Of a stretch of DNA of 64,000 nucleotides, positions 23,211 through 36,251 are shown one piece after another. Within the stretch, counting starts at the first letter, position 1. Each line of letters starts with the position of its first letter. This stretch comes from Basidiobolus meristosporus CBS 931.73. Taxonomy: Eukaryota > Fungi > Basidiobolomycota. Location of the stretch: assembly GCA_002104905.1 (NCBI GenBank), contig MCFE01000195.1:1-64000 (forward strand), written 5' to 3'. A model generated the notes under the pieces. That model searched no databases and was not told the DNA's origin. It worked only from the letters and a program-made list of their open reading frames with translations. The position numbers and the translations under genes were made by a program.

Positions 23211-23950
23211 TGCTATAAGAGTTTTTGAGTTATTGGAAGTGATTGGGAGAACAAGTAGATTAAGTGATCTTCACTTACTGATTTATTAGAATTAAAAATA
23301 GTTTTTATACCTTTACACAGTCTTAGCAAAGCAAACACAAAATATGCTTATGAAGGTCCTAAGAGCATGTGCGCAGAGCTTGTGGCTGTTTGGACAGCTT
23401 TTCAAAATTTCATGTTCTGGGTACCTGATATTTTGGAGAAACATATTCTGAATAAATCTCAACATGGTCAGAATTCTCTAAGATTTGTAGGATATAATCT
23501 GAGTGACTAAGTTAGGTGAATATTTGAGTGCATTTACAAATTTTTACAACAAATGGCAGTAGTACACTCTGCGATGAATGTCAGCTTCAGACTCGTTGCT
23601 TGCTCTCAAAGTTTTGGAGATATTGGATATAATTGGGTGAACAAATATGTTACGTGGTTTTTGTTTAATGATTTATTGACTGCAAAAATAGTATACACTT
23701 TTACATGGTCATATTGAATGTAAAATCAGTTGTTTTACTTCTACATGATCTTGGCAAACAGGTATATAGGATATGCTTTGGACAGCCCAAGTGCATGTGC
23801 ACCAAGCTTAAAGTTCTTTGGACATCTTATTCTTCTTTCAGGTCCTGGATACCTGATGTTTTGATGAAATATTCTCAGTAAAACCTGACAGAAAATTTGG
23901 GCAGAAATCTCCCGAATTGATTGACTATAATCCGGTAGGTGTAAGTTTCA
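23211..23950 (-). mobile_element. Two further LTR copies (23211-23551 complete; ~23600-23950 degenerate)
   Basis: Collinear similarity to the LTR family; TGCTATAAG...TTTTTACAACA ends on the first; no TSD seen. Confidence 0.75.
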
Positions 23951-26900
23951 AGTTTCCGGATATAATGCCTGCAGCAGAGTCCCAATCTAAGCCGCCCACA
24001 TTGATTGTGTTTACATTATCGAATAGTCTATTGGCTGCAAATGCTTTTATGGCATAGACCTTCCACCTGGTAGAAACTTCCAACAGTTATAACTAGCCCG
24101 AGGATGCACATACCATAAATAGAAAATATTCCTGCATAGATCAGGTATCAAGTTATCTAGTTTAATGGTGACTTGACAACAGGATGCTGCCAATTCGTCA
24201 GAATCGTGTACAGTCCAGCGAGGGATAGACTTATCAAGGTAGCTCAACAGATAATTACATCGAGAGGAAAGCTGTTTTTGGAAGGAGTCGGGTGGGTGAA
24301 TGATAAGTCAAGATTATTCAGCTTTAGTGAATGATTCATTACACTCCCTTTCAATCATAGTCAGATTTTGCAGAGCACTCCTAGATCATGGAATCCCTTG
24401 GCATTTGGTGGCCCCGCTTCTGTAACTTTAGCAACAGCAGAATGGTTATACCCTCGTCATGATGATCATAATTAGATAGAGATGCGCAAGTAAAACAGTG
24501 CTAGATATCATAAGAGCTCCAAACCGGGAGAACATCCGTCGAGGTGGACTTGGAGGTGATTAGGACATGCAGGAATAGTATGAGCTACACCAGTTATGCA
24601 AATGAACATACACAATTATGCCACAGGCTTACATATGTTTAGCTTGACTATGCCCTTCTGTAGTGGTTTCATGAACGCCATTCGGATATAGTATTATTAC
24701 GTGCCCCATAGCTCAGTACTACTTGGAATGCTGCATAAATATCCACCACATATTTCTTGGCTGTTTTGATTGATTTTCCTTATACTGTTCATATACTCAT
24801 GGAAATAGCGTGCTCTAGTTTATATGATACACTTCGTAGAAATACGATATCGAGATGAATCCGCGGTTCGATTTGACTATTTCTTAATATGACTATATTA
24901 ATTTTATGTTGCGTCGTATCACTGATTTAGGTGCTTCATTCCAATTACTGGCGCTGGTTAGTTGAGAGTTTCTTTTCAGTGTTCGTGCGTTATCCATGAA
25001 AATCATTGTCGCTCGTAATGAATGTGTGTGACATAGCGAGGGTCAAATACGTGCAGTGGAAAACAAACGCCACAACACGGACTTCCACTTTCCCTTGCTT
25101 GATGTGCTCATAGTCAACAGGGGGAGCAAGCATGGTTGTGGCCAGCAAATAACGGCCTTCTAATCCTCAAGCTCCAGAACCTAGATTGGGTGACTCTCGA
25201 CAGTACAGGTCATTCGGCCATGCAGTGGTATTATTGGCCAAGATTCTAGAAGGCACGTCAAAGAAAAACCAGCACTAACAAAGATTGTTCAACATTTTCA
25301 TGTTTTTATAACACCTGCCTTTGCATATGGTGCACCTAGATTGGAGGTTCCATTGAACACAGGCGACAGCTCTCACAGCATCAGCGCGTTCCACAAAGTA
25401 TCATTCCAATTCTAGATTGGAGAAAAACTGTTTGCCTCTGGTTACAAACAACCGGTAGAAGATATTTGTCGCACTACATTCACCACCCTCCAGCCATGCC
25501 AACAAGCCCACAAGGTGGTACGAAATATTCAATGAAGACTTTCATCAATGGCAAGATGAATTAACCTTGATCCAAATAAGATGGCCAGCCTAGATTCAAT
25601 AGCCAGGTAGAGTATCATGTCCCTTCATATCCACCTGGTATCATTAAACCCGAAATGAAGTAAAAAAAATTTCCGAGAATCAGAAATGAGCTCATTATTA
25701 GCCTGAGACTTTCCTGGAGTCATTTGACCCAAATTAGTAGGTTACCAAAATGAAATTTAGATAACTTCCTATCGCATACTTTATAGAAACTGTGATTAAC
25801 TCCATTGGTGTGCACTGCCTATTACTCCATCTCCCCACAGTTCCATTATTTGAGGCAGATACTTCTGCAGCAGAGCAGTCGCTTCAATGGAATATGATGC
25901 TGTTTCCAGGGGACTGCATCTGAATCTGCTTATTCTGGCCATGGCTAGTGACCTTTCTCAGACGAGAGCGCCAACTTAATTTCCACATGGTGATGTTACT
26001 AAGTCAGCCATGAGAGTCAACCGGATTTCCAACGCAATTCTTACTTCGTGCCTTGAAACAGCGAAATGAGCGCTTCTGGCTTCTCCTAAACTTCCAACTC
26101 GTTCGTCTCGCAACAGGTTCCCACAAATCACCTTGTATGAACATCGGTAAATTAATCCGTCAAGGGGTTTCTTGTCAACAGAATCGAACTCCGGCAAATG
26201 ACACAAAGAGTATTAAATAAATCAGGGAAATCATTATATTCTGCTTGGAACGGTCGAATCGCTCTGGGTGGACGTAGAAATTATGGTCAACCAACAAGTG
26301 GGCCAAATTAGATTTGGCAACCACTAGGTAATCATGTGTCACCTTAATCTAATTTGGTCTTACATGCCTAATTGATAAACGTGTTCTAGCCTGCCTATTG
26401 AACGGCAGCAATATTAGACCACTAAATCATGCACATTCTTGATACGAATGAGAATGTTGGTAACGCCTGGTGGGATCCCAGTCGAATACGAAGGCGCCTT
26501 TAGCTCATCGCCTATTGTGTGGCATTGGGTCTGTCGGCCAGCAGTGAGCGCGCCGTGTCAGGGGGCATTCTCTTCCCGCCTGCCAGAGATGTAGTCTAAG
26601 CATACAACCTATGGGGCTTCCGTCAGAGAAGCTAAAATGGGGGAGCACTCACAAATATGGAATCTCGAGAAAAAAGGGCCTTGTTTAGAATAGGCAGTCT
26701 ATTGAACTGGATTATGTCCTAGTTTGGTATCTTATTGATAGTGATTGATGAAGTTCGGCAAGATGTACTACCAGAAGTGGGGGAACATCAATATAACTTT
26801 TCCAATATGATGTTGATGAATAATATGATTTATATGTACTGTGGGATGATAGGAGTGATGAAAAGTATAAGTTACCGTCTGATCACTTCTGCTCACTCAA

Positions 26901-27127
26901 AATCCGGGTGATAATCTCCTCTTCCTTGTTTTGCGCTCCCCGGTAGCTATCGGAGGCCAGTCATTTTTCTTCCTCACTTTCTGTTTCAACTTGGGTCCAC
27001 TTTGGTACACCTCATTTACAGTAGAGCCTCTTCCTAGAAAACCCTCCCAACTACATAGGTTCACAGCCGATTACAGCCACTCATTTCGTACCTGTGTTTC
27101 GCTCTCAGCTGGACGCCTATAGCAAAC

Positions 27128-27853
27128 ATGAATCAGATATCTAGCTATGTCTTGCAAACCCTACTTATAATATCATGCTTGGTGAGCTCGATCATCGCCG
27201 TGAGCCCTCAAAACATCATGAAGATGACCGTCAAATATGAGGTTGTCTGGCTGGACTCCACCAAAGGACAGTTTGGTGCAAACATGACCGTTTCTCTGCC
27301 TCAGGAGTCTGTCTCTCAGAGTTGGAAGCTCAAGATAAAATATCAAGAGCCTACCAAGATCGCAGTTTATTGGGGTGGCGATTGGGATATGCTGTACAAT
27401 AAGGACACGTATATTATTCAGCCGAAGAATGATTCCCGCCTTGTGAAGTCGTATCCCTTTAACGCTGTGTTTCCCTTGCCCAAAGAGAAGCTGGACAACG
27501 ACACTGTCAAGGGATACATTTTGCCCGTGAGTTATCTCCTCTCGGTGGACAACGGTGCTGACATCTCGTTGGCCCTAGAAGACGATGTACAGGTCATAGG
27601 AACGTCCTCTCTGCGTAAACCTCCCGGGGAATTTGCCTTACACCCCACTGCACCATTATCTGACACTTCTGAGCCAACACCAGATGGTTTAACCATCATC
27701 GGCACTCCCATCGGCCTCTACATGTACTGCGCCGTCTTCTTTCTTGGCGCGTTATCATATTCCATCGGAACCTTTCAAAGAAGTAGATTCCGCTCCCAGT
27801 TTCGGTACCAGGCGAATCTTAGAGATGACATCAAGATGGTCCCGATATCATAA
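27128..27853 (+). CDS. Secreted, single-pass membrane protein, 241 aa, with possible CBM2-like ectodomain
   Basis: N-terminal signal peptide; beta-rich domain FGANMTVSL..SWKLKIKY..IAVYWGGDW..YIIQP; Pro/Thr linker; C-terminal TM helix followed by a basic tail. Confidence 0.7.
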   Translation: MNQISSYVLQTLLIISCLVSSIIAVSPQNIMKMTVKYEVVWLDSTKGQFGANMTVSLPQESVSQSWKLKIKYQEPTKIAVYWGGDWDMLYNKDTYIIQPKNDSRLVKSYPFNAVFPLPKEKLDNDTVKGYILPVSYLLSVDNGADISLALEDDVQVIGTSSLRKPPGEFALHPTAPLSDTSEPTPDGLTIIGTPIGLYMYCAVFFLGALSYSIGTFQRSRFRSQFRYQANLRDDIKMVPIS

Positions 27854-29195
27854 TCGTTGTGGAAGAAATGGGTTTCTTGCTCGCAACAAACCGTTGTTTT
27901 CGCATGTCAGCAAGCGATCTTGCGGCTATGCGATAATTGTACCATATTTCAGTTCTACTGCATTTACATTGGGCAGGAGGTTAGCAATTTAGCAACTGTA
28001 CATCATTGCCTCAGTTTCCCTGATATTGAAGAACTCCCAATGCTCCGAATTTTTGAAAACAATCTCCCCTTTTCATGCTTCGTTCCCTACATGTTCTCAA
28101 ATCAATAAATAATTCAAGCAGGCTTATTAAATCTCCTACTTCACCCCGACTCCATGAAACTCAGCGTTGGGCCCTTTGCAGTGGCGGGTAAATGACGTCA
28201 TTCCTGACAACACCATAACAACATCCACTCTACAAGGCACCAATGCGGTCTAACGGAAGGTGAAATCCCTAGGTGGTGCACACTGCAGCCATAGGAGACC
28301 CTATCAATTTGGGGGGTGACTTCCGGATGAATTGAGTGAATAGGTTCATATGGCCTTCATGTTACTTCGAGATCCGAGTCAGTTTTTTTCATGATGCTGT
28401 AGAGTGGATTCATGATGTTCATGTAAGCAATGGTATTGATTTATGTGGTACTCAAATGCCGATTCCTTAATTGCTCTGAACATGGTGTATCAACAGCTGA
28501 TATCAGATTTGACTCGAAATCAGTTGATACATTTGCCTAGCCTTTTTAATTTAGTTGCACTGCCCTATCCTTGAGAGGCACTCTGGCATATTCTTGAAGA
28601 TGACGGTATATGCTAATAGTGAGGCCACCGAGACCTCAGAACATCCATCTCCTCACGACACGGCGAAAGAGAACTTCATTCATAAGACCCCCTTCCGGCG
28701 TAGAGTGAATTCGTGCAGAGAAAGGCCCAAAAGCTGCCCAACATTCAACCGAAAGCTTCCAAAACATTTTGAAGGTAATCTCTCCCTCATTTCCTTTGGC
28801 CGTGACCTGCATCGAGCGTGGGGCACCCGAATTTTTTTGGTCATCTTGATATTCAAACGAATCACTCCAATAGATTCATCCCAACCTTCCAAGAAATCTC
28901 GGGAAAAGCAAAAATCTCGCTGGGAAAATCCCAGCCAAGGGAATCCTCCTAGAGATCACAAGGAAGACAAGGGCCCCAGCTTCAAGCGAAAGCATACATC
29001 AAAGGACAAATACTCTTGTCGCAAGGTTTCTCCTATGTAAGTAGCCTTCAGGATCTCCCTTAGTATGGTTACATCTCTACCGTATGGCCAAAGCCTGGAC
29101 TCATTCGCGACTTTTCTATCTCTCGTAGTCGTCTTAGCCAAGGTTTCTTCAGCTATGGGTATCAGATATATCTTGTTTATAACGGTCTGTATATT

Positions 29196-29909
29196 TTGCT
29201 TCGTTCCTGTAATTTTTCCCTCCAAATGCAATCCTTTGTACATTTCGTCTTCACACTCACCACACTTTATCACCTATTCTTCCTAATTGGCACCATTGTA
29301 TCCCCTAAGCTCTTGCGGTTTGTGGTTCTCAATGGAACCCATTTCATCAACAGCTCACTATGGCTGTGTGTGTGGATCATTCCTTCCGATCACAAGCCTA
29401 GCGCTATAATCGAGGCATATGGACTAGCGGGGGACGAGGAGAGGTTGTCGCTGATCGGCTTTTTTAAGTTCGGCACCTGGACAACCATTTGGATGCCGAT
29501 TCTTCACTGGTGCCTGTTCTTGTTCTTGCAGCGGAACCTACTGTCGATCATATTTTGGGAGCACGACGGCAACCTCAATACTCGGCAGCTTCTCCAGTAT
29601 CGAGGATTCAACGCCACATCTTCGCTTATCATTATATTGATATGGGAGTGGATCCGGCCATCATATCTTGAGAGCAAGAACTTTTTGTTGATTCAAGGAT
29701 TGATATCATTTGATTTTACTACGGACGTTTCGAAGTTCCCTGGGTTTGTTGTCCCGTCGATAGTAAGTATAGGTGCAGCCTTCGCATTGCTCTGGTGGTA
29801 CAATTTCATGAGCTTTCAGTATGCCGGAATCGCATGGAAAGAGCCATTTCGAAGAGGAACCCTATTCTATTACGATCGTAGAAAGCTTGTTTTTAGTGAA
29901 GTCTATTGA
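29196..29909 (+). CDS. Hypothetical multi-pass membrane protein (5' structure uncertain)
   Basis: 237-codon ORF with several hydrophobic segments; no family recognised. Confidence 0.35.
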   Translation: MLRSCNFSLQMQSFVHFVFTLTTLYHLFFLIGTIVSPKLLRFVVLNGTHFINSSLWLCVWIIPSDHKPSAIIEAYGLAGDEERLSLIGFFKFGTWTTIWMPILHWCLFLFLQRNLLSIIFWEHDGNLNTRQLLQYRGFNATSSLIIILIWEWIRPSYLESKNFLLIQGLISFDFTTDVSKFPGFVVPSIVSIGAAFALLWWYNFMSFQYAGIAWKEPFRRGTLFYYDRRKLVFSEVY

Positions 29910-31631
29910 CCACCTCAAAGGGCCTATGTAATCATTCACCACCATTTACTAGAATGCTATACCTACCTGACATATTTTCTATTCTTTCACCCCTTTCTAC
30001 TCCGGTCTCATTGTGTATACAGCCGTTGCTTTCATTGAGTCTATTTGTGATATACGGAGAACCATTCCCGCTCCTCCCCGTTGATACTCTGGGTGGCATT
30101 GATGGTCTCCAACCTTTTCGCTAATCTAGCAATATTTCTGAGTAGATCCTAATGTCTATGTATATTCCAAGACTATCCTAGCATTTATAAATCATTCGCT
30201 CTAACGAAGACCGGTCCTTCTGAGGAATCTGTGTGTCTGCACTTCCACTCCCCATAAATGCTGTCTCAGAAGCCTGCATTGAAGCTATGCCTCAGCTCTG
30301 CAGTAACAATGCTTGGTTGTCTCGATACTGGCTGAATGCATGCTACAGAGATGTCTCAGGCAATACGAAATGGCAACCCAACCTTGCCAGTGTTTCCGTC
30401 TGTGCCTCCATGATATAGTGGGGCACTTGTGGACCAACGAGCCCGGACGAGAGACCTCACATACGGCAATATGGTGAGTGAGTCACCAATCATCTAGGAA
30501 GGTAGAAGTGACGGGCCCTAGTGCAAGCTTGTTATTTCGAGAGATAATTTGTGCTTAAATGTCAATTGGCAATATACTCCATTGGTCTAGCAAATGAGTC
30601 AGGGCTCAAGATAATATTCCATGTACGCCTCTTTTGATAAAATCCGGCTTTTCAATCACAGTTAGACTGGTTATACAGGTAACGAGAGACACCTCACCCA
30701 CGTGGTTTGCAGCCTTATGCGAAAGTAAAGTCTGAGGTGATCTATTGTCTAATGCGTTACTTGTCTAATGGTCACCCAAAGATTCTAGATTTACCATTTG
30801 GCTACTTTTTTTGGACCATGGCGGACAGAGCTCTGCTGCCTATGAAGTAGTCTACTGATAACCGAGTTTGCTGCTGACCTTGGTTGGCCTGTATTTTATT
30901 AGGAAAAACAGAAACAAGGTCACTATCAAGCTTGAACCGGCTTACCTGTGAATATGGCAATATTGAATGATGTGATTCATAGAAAGCATACTAGGCCACA
31001 TGTGTTTGAATATCCACCAGACTTTGGACTGGTTAGTGGCAGTTCTTGAACACTTCTTCCAAGTAAACAATTGTCCAGCTGCATCCGACGATCGTACGAT
31101 GACCTTGTGGCAAATAATAGCTCAGCGTTGATGCCATACTTCTACGCACCAAGCTAACCAGAAGCTTATTAACACCCAATCACTCAAGTCCCAATTCAAC
31201 TCTTAATATAACCGCCATTCGGTTACTACTTCAGATTGAATACTACCACTGACTACTGAAAACAATAGCGACTTCTTTTGCTGATACATTCAGCAAATTG
31301 AACTATGGGCTGGCGGGTAATTTAAAGGATCAAAATAGTGCTGCACAAATGGCTCAGCTCTACTCCTAATATAGTGGATTTTGTTGCAAGATTCCGGGGA
31401 GCATTGACAGTGATCTAAAACTTTGAAGATTTGTATGCTACCCATTGTTGATTGCTAAAACCTATTATATATAATGTATATATGTATATATATACAGCTT
31501 CCAAACCAGAATTCAAGTCAACAATTTGCAACTGATTAACTAGCAGAATAGAAGCCATGGGAAGAATCAATGTATCAATGTACATCATTTCCACAAACCT
31601 AACTGTCGTAAGGGTTTTGGAGATATTGAAA

Positions 31632-31940
31632 CCCTAGGAAAAAAATTGAGAAAAGGCCACCAGAGTACAATCATAATATCAGCTGAATACCAAGTTTCTC
31701 AAACCTGACAACTCTCATCATTGCAGGTTCTTGCTGTTAGGCAGACAAGCCAACATATTTTCCAGGAGGAGACTAGGCAAACCAGCATCCATACCAAGTT
31801 TAGTAACCACCTGCTGACTACTTCCACCAAAAATTGCAACTGAATATTGGCAGGAAAAACACCAGCTGAATACCAGCAAAATACCATTGGAATACCTGCT
31901 GAAAATCAGATGGATTCTAAGTTTGAGATTTTTTATAGGG
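31632..31940. mobile_element. Non-autonomous DNA transposon (CACTA/CMC-like MITE), CCCTA...TAGGG termini
   Basis: Ends CCCTAGGAAAAAAAT / GAGATTTTTTATAGGG; subterminal AATACCAGC-like repeats; probable 3-bp GAA duplication; two more copies at 62461 and 62881. Confidence 0.7.
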
Positions 31941-32108
31941 GAAGTGATTAGTAGTACAAGTAGATCTGTAGGCCTCACTTGATGATTTATTGAGTGCAAG
32001 AATGGTTTTATTCTTTTACATAGCCTTGGCAAAACAAACACAGAATGCACTTTGTAAGGTCCCATGAAGGTTAGAGGCTCTTTAGGCAGCTTTGAGACTA
32101 CTCATATC

Positions 32109-32441
32109 TGTTGTAAGAGTCTTGGAGATATTGGAAGTGATTGGGAGAACAAGTAGATTATGTGGTTTTCACTTAATGATTCATTGAATGTAAAAGTAGT
32201 ATTTATACTTTTACCTGGTCTTGGCATTACAAACACGTAGAATAGATTAAGGTAGGTCCCAAGAACATGTGTGCAAAGTTTGGGGCTGTTTGGACAACTT
32301 TGAGAATTTTCATGTTCTGGGTAAATATTCTAAGTAAATCCCGACAAGGAATTTTGGTCAGTATTCTCTAGGATTTGAAGGTGATGATCTAAGTGACGAA
32401 GTTAGGTGAATATTTAGGTGGAAATACGAATTTTTACAACA
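32109..32441 (-). mobile_element. Younger solo LTR nested in the older LTR
   Basis: TGTTGTAAG...TTTTTACAACA with a perfect ATATC TSD (32104-32108, 32442-32446). Confidence 0.9.
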
Positions 32442-33560
32442 ATATCCTGGGTACCAGATATTTTGGTGAAATATTCTAGGTAAATACCAACAAGGAATTT
32501 GGCCAGTAATCTCTAAGATTTATACACTATGGATCCAAGTGACTAAGTCAAGTGAATATTTAGGTGCAATTACGAAACTTACAACAGTAACTGCACCTCA
32601 GTATATTACAAGTGAAGAATGGTGCACATATAATATGTGGACTCAGGTGAGCCTGAAGGCCATGTGTTTCAATTATGTTTCAAACAATCCGGCTGAGTAT
32701 GAAATATCCCCAGTAGATATATCAAAGATAGAGAAGCATTAGGCTCGGCTTAACTTGCAGCTTGAAAACTTCAGAATCGAGAATCTATAAGAAAAACATT
32801 AACCTGTTGAATTCCTTCGAAATTCTAGTACAAGGGGGTAGGGCTCCATCAAGAGACTGAAAAAAGAAACCAATCACAGCAAAAAAATTAACTGATTACA
32901 TGGACGACATGTTGGGCCACCACAGCTTTGTGGCTTAGACCCCTCTAGAATCACCCCTGCCATCCACAAGTTTGGTTTTTTCATTCAGAAATGAAAACTA
33001 CCTGCTGCAGGCACCTACGCGGGGCATTATCTAACATTGGTCATATGTATGCGTTCACTGACCATCGATTTGTATGACTGTTGAGGAGAGTTCAGATATA
33101 TTGAGCATTAAGTGAGATCTAATAGTCGCCCTGTGGCAAACATGAATATCTGCATTGACTGGACCGAATTCCTAATCAATGAATCACGCATATTTCGCTG
33201 GTTTAAGCAATCCAGTGATTTTCACATGCTCTTTGAATTAAGAGTTTGACCATTATCCGCTAGGCCTCGACCAATGGAAAGGTGACCAGTTGGGCACACC
33301 AAATATGGAATGAACCGAAGTCGTTTTGTGGATGTAGCCATTGATGATTGGGTAAGTAATTCATCATCCCATCAATCAACAGTCGCATATACCTTAGAAA
33401 TTAACAGTCGTTATTCTACACTACACGATAGCCAACATCCAATGGCCAAAAAGCAAGGCGTCATTATTGATATGGGGCATATAAAGGCTTGACCAGTAGC
33501 CTCCACGCATGCATCTCCATTTATACCTTTCACTAACACTAGTATAACGAGAGAGTTGAT

Positions 33561-34296
33561 ATGTCCAAGCTGATAGACCTCGATAAACCCTCACTCTGGT
33601 ACGCTCTGGCAGCAATCCTATTCAATCCTACGTTCTGGAACATTGTTGCTCGCCAAGAATATCACAACAAAATATTAACGAAACTTGCTGGTGGTAATCC
33701 CTACAAGGGTTGCTATGGCCTGGCCATAACCATCTTTTCCCTCGGAATATTTCGCGATTACCTTTATTCTCATGCTTTGGGTGAACAGCCAGTCCACCCC
33801 TTGTTGCAAACTGATCTCGTGAAGCTCATAGCAATTGGTCTCTTTGTGGCCGGCAACACTCTGGTTCTCTCTTCCATGTATGCACTTGGGGTTACTGGGA
33901 CTTATTTAGGTTAGTATCCATGGTTTCTCTGGGGCGAATTACGTAATCGAACACTTCTTGTTAGGTGATTATTTTGGGATTTTAATGGACCATCGTGTTA
34001 CTGGGTTTCCATTCAACGTGTCCAACAATCCGATGTACCAAGGCTCCACCATGGTGTTTCTGGCATCGGCATTATGGTAAGTCTGAACATCCCCGGAATC
34101 GATCGCTGGTGCTAACGCGAGTGCCACAGGTACGGAACGCCTGCTGGCATCATTCTCACCGCCATAGTGTATTGCGCTTATAATGTTGCATTGAGATTTG
34201 AAGAGTAAGCAAGATTCGTGTTTTCTGCAGGATTCGCCACTGATCCTTGCCTTCTATAGGCCTTTCACTGCCATGATTTATTCTAAGCGCAAGTAG
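33561..34296 (+). CDS. OPI3: Phospholipid (phosphatidyl-N-methylethanolamine) methyltransferase, 4 exons
   Basis: FNPTFWNIVARQEY, SSMYALGVTGTYLG|DYFGILMDHRVTGFPFNVSNNPMYQGST, FEE|PFTAMIY; three GT-AG introns restore the frame. Confidence 0.92.
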
Positions 34297-35176
34297 TTAT
34301 AGCGCCGGGCCGATCGAATCATCATGATCCAGTCTTAAGAAAAAGCATACTACGTCAAAAATAAATTGAATTCTTGCACATATGTAGTGGTGTACCTTGG
34401 CGACCATACGGTGTCATGTAGAGTTCATTGCTAGGATTCTTTCTGGGCAGGTATGCTCAAGCTAACTGGTCATAGATTGGCATGCCAAGCTTTTCATGAT
34501 GATCTGGATTGCCCACATCTTTACACTTATGCTTGTGCTACAGCTGCATCGATGTCTAGTTGGTACATGAGATCTCTGGGTTCTGAAGTATGCATTCGTG
34601 TAAAGGTAATGTGACTGATAGCATAGCCGGTGTTTCTTGCCCAATAATTATTACGATGCGTCATGATGCATGTTGGTGGGTTTTCTCGTAATATTCATTT
34701 TCATGGAGGTTTGGGGACTGTTTATGTAATGGGCCATCACAACATTGTGGAATCGCCGGCCACACCATGGAGGCAAGATATCCCCATGCTGGCTACTGGC
34801 ATTCGAAAGCATTCATATCGGAAGCGCCAGTTTATCTTGAATCTCAGCGACATGATGGCACTGGGTTGCTCCTTGGGCAATGACTAATGTGTCATCCCGC
34901 CCATTTTGGGTTTATCTAAGCAGCCACCCACCACAAAACTTCCACGACCAAATGTACCTTCGGACTATTTCAATATATTCCACATTACTGGCAAGATCAG
35001 AAATGTTATTTGTTAGTTGTACGAAGGCAAGGCTTTTATTCTCCGCCGGGCCCCCTTGCATCCTCAAATCCCCATGCTCTGCCCAGGAAAGTGCGTATAT
35101 ATAGCCGAATGGGCCATTGGATATCCGTAGGTTTCATTCAACTGTTCATTCCCTTTTACGTGGAATCCATCTCTTT

Positions 35177-36251
35177 ATGACAAATCCGAGTGAGATATTT
35201 TATGTCATTCGTGCTTCACTGATCCAAGACTCTGGTCAGGAGATCTGGCGGAGCGCCGTAATACCTGGTAGTTTTTCGTTGCTACAGCTTCATGTTGTTC
35301 TCCAGGATCTGTTTGGATGGAGGGAGACTGGTTGTTCCTTCCATTATTTTAGCCTGGCTGCATCCCAGAAACCTGGCAAAATTCCTGGCAACGAGACATC
35401 TCACCGGCGTCAGGATAGAACTCCAGAAATCATCTACCAAACAATCTTCCTTGAGGAATGTGATGGCTGGGTGAAGCAAATAGGCCCGGGAATGTATATA
35501 GGTAATTCCGCGGCGATTATGGCTCAGCACCACTTGTCTCCGCCGATGCTAACCCCGAACTTTAGAGCACACGCACCCTCACAATCCAACGCCAGTATTC
35601 ACCGCCAACCATAAGGCCCTTATGGTTGATGATGAGCTGACCACACGAGTCCTTTGCGAGGAGCGGTTGTATCAGATGCATCACGTATTTAGCGAGTCCA
35701 CCAAACTTTTGTATGAATTTGACCATGGCCTGGATGTTTTCCCCACACTTCGAGTAGTGTTGCAATATGAGCAGACAATATCGCCAACTATTGAGGAGTA
35801 TCCCGCTGATTGCCATCTCTTCCCCATCGTGCTGAACGGAGAAGGGGTGTTGACTACCCCTTTCGAAAAGCAAGAGACATTTCAACTAAGCGCAGTTCAA
35901 CGCCTGTTAAACAACACCCACCTGGAACACAGAGAAGGGTGCATCAAGAAATGCTATTTATGCCATCGCTTTGAGTATGACTGCCCCAAGTCCAGTAGCC
36001 AATGCGCACAATATACTGCTGAGGCTTGTTGTGCGTATTGCATCTATAATCCTGAGCTGCAACATGAAGAGCCATATGACGAGATCATCAGCTCCCTGGC
36101 TTGGGAGTATGGCTTAAATAGCTTGAGATCGGAGAGAGCGCGATTTCTCCGGGCTTTGGCTGGTGGGGATACTTCATTCAAGTGCGACTGGGTTGAGAAT
36201 GATGGCCGTCCCTGCGTCTTCTGTTTCGATGGCTATCCTGAACTAAAATAG
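35177..36251 (+). CDS. pRiA4b ORF3-like (MM3350-like) domain protein with Cys-rich C-terminus, 2 exons
   Basis: IWRSAVIPGSFSLLQLHVVLQDLFGW..FHYF, LLYEFDHG, FPIVLNGEG. An intron at ~35504-35567 (GTAATT...GCTAAC...TTTAG) joins ORFs 35117-35614 and 35622-36251. Confidence 0.7.

Larger units (their letters stand above)
31604..32586 (-). mobile_element. Older solo LTR carrying two nested insertions
   Basis: TGTCGTAAG...CTTACAACA ends; flanks CTAAC / GTAAC; the LTR sequence is reconstituted after removing 31632-31940 and 32109-32446. Confidence 0.8.

Noticed and set aside
24855-24880. tRNA T-loop-like GGTTCGAT
   Set aside because: No acceptor, D or anticodon arms can be folded around it
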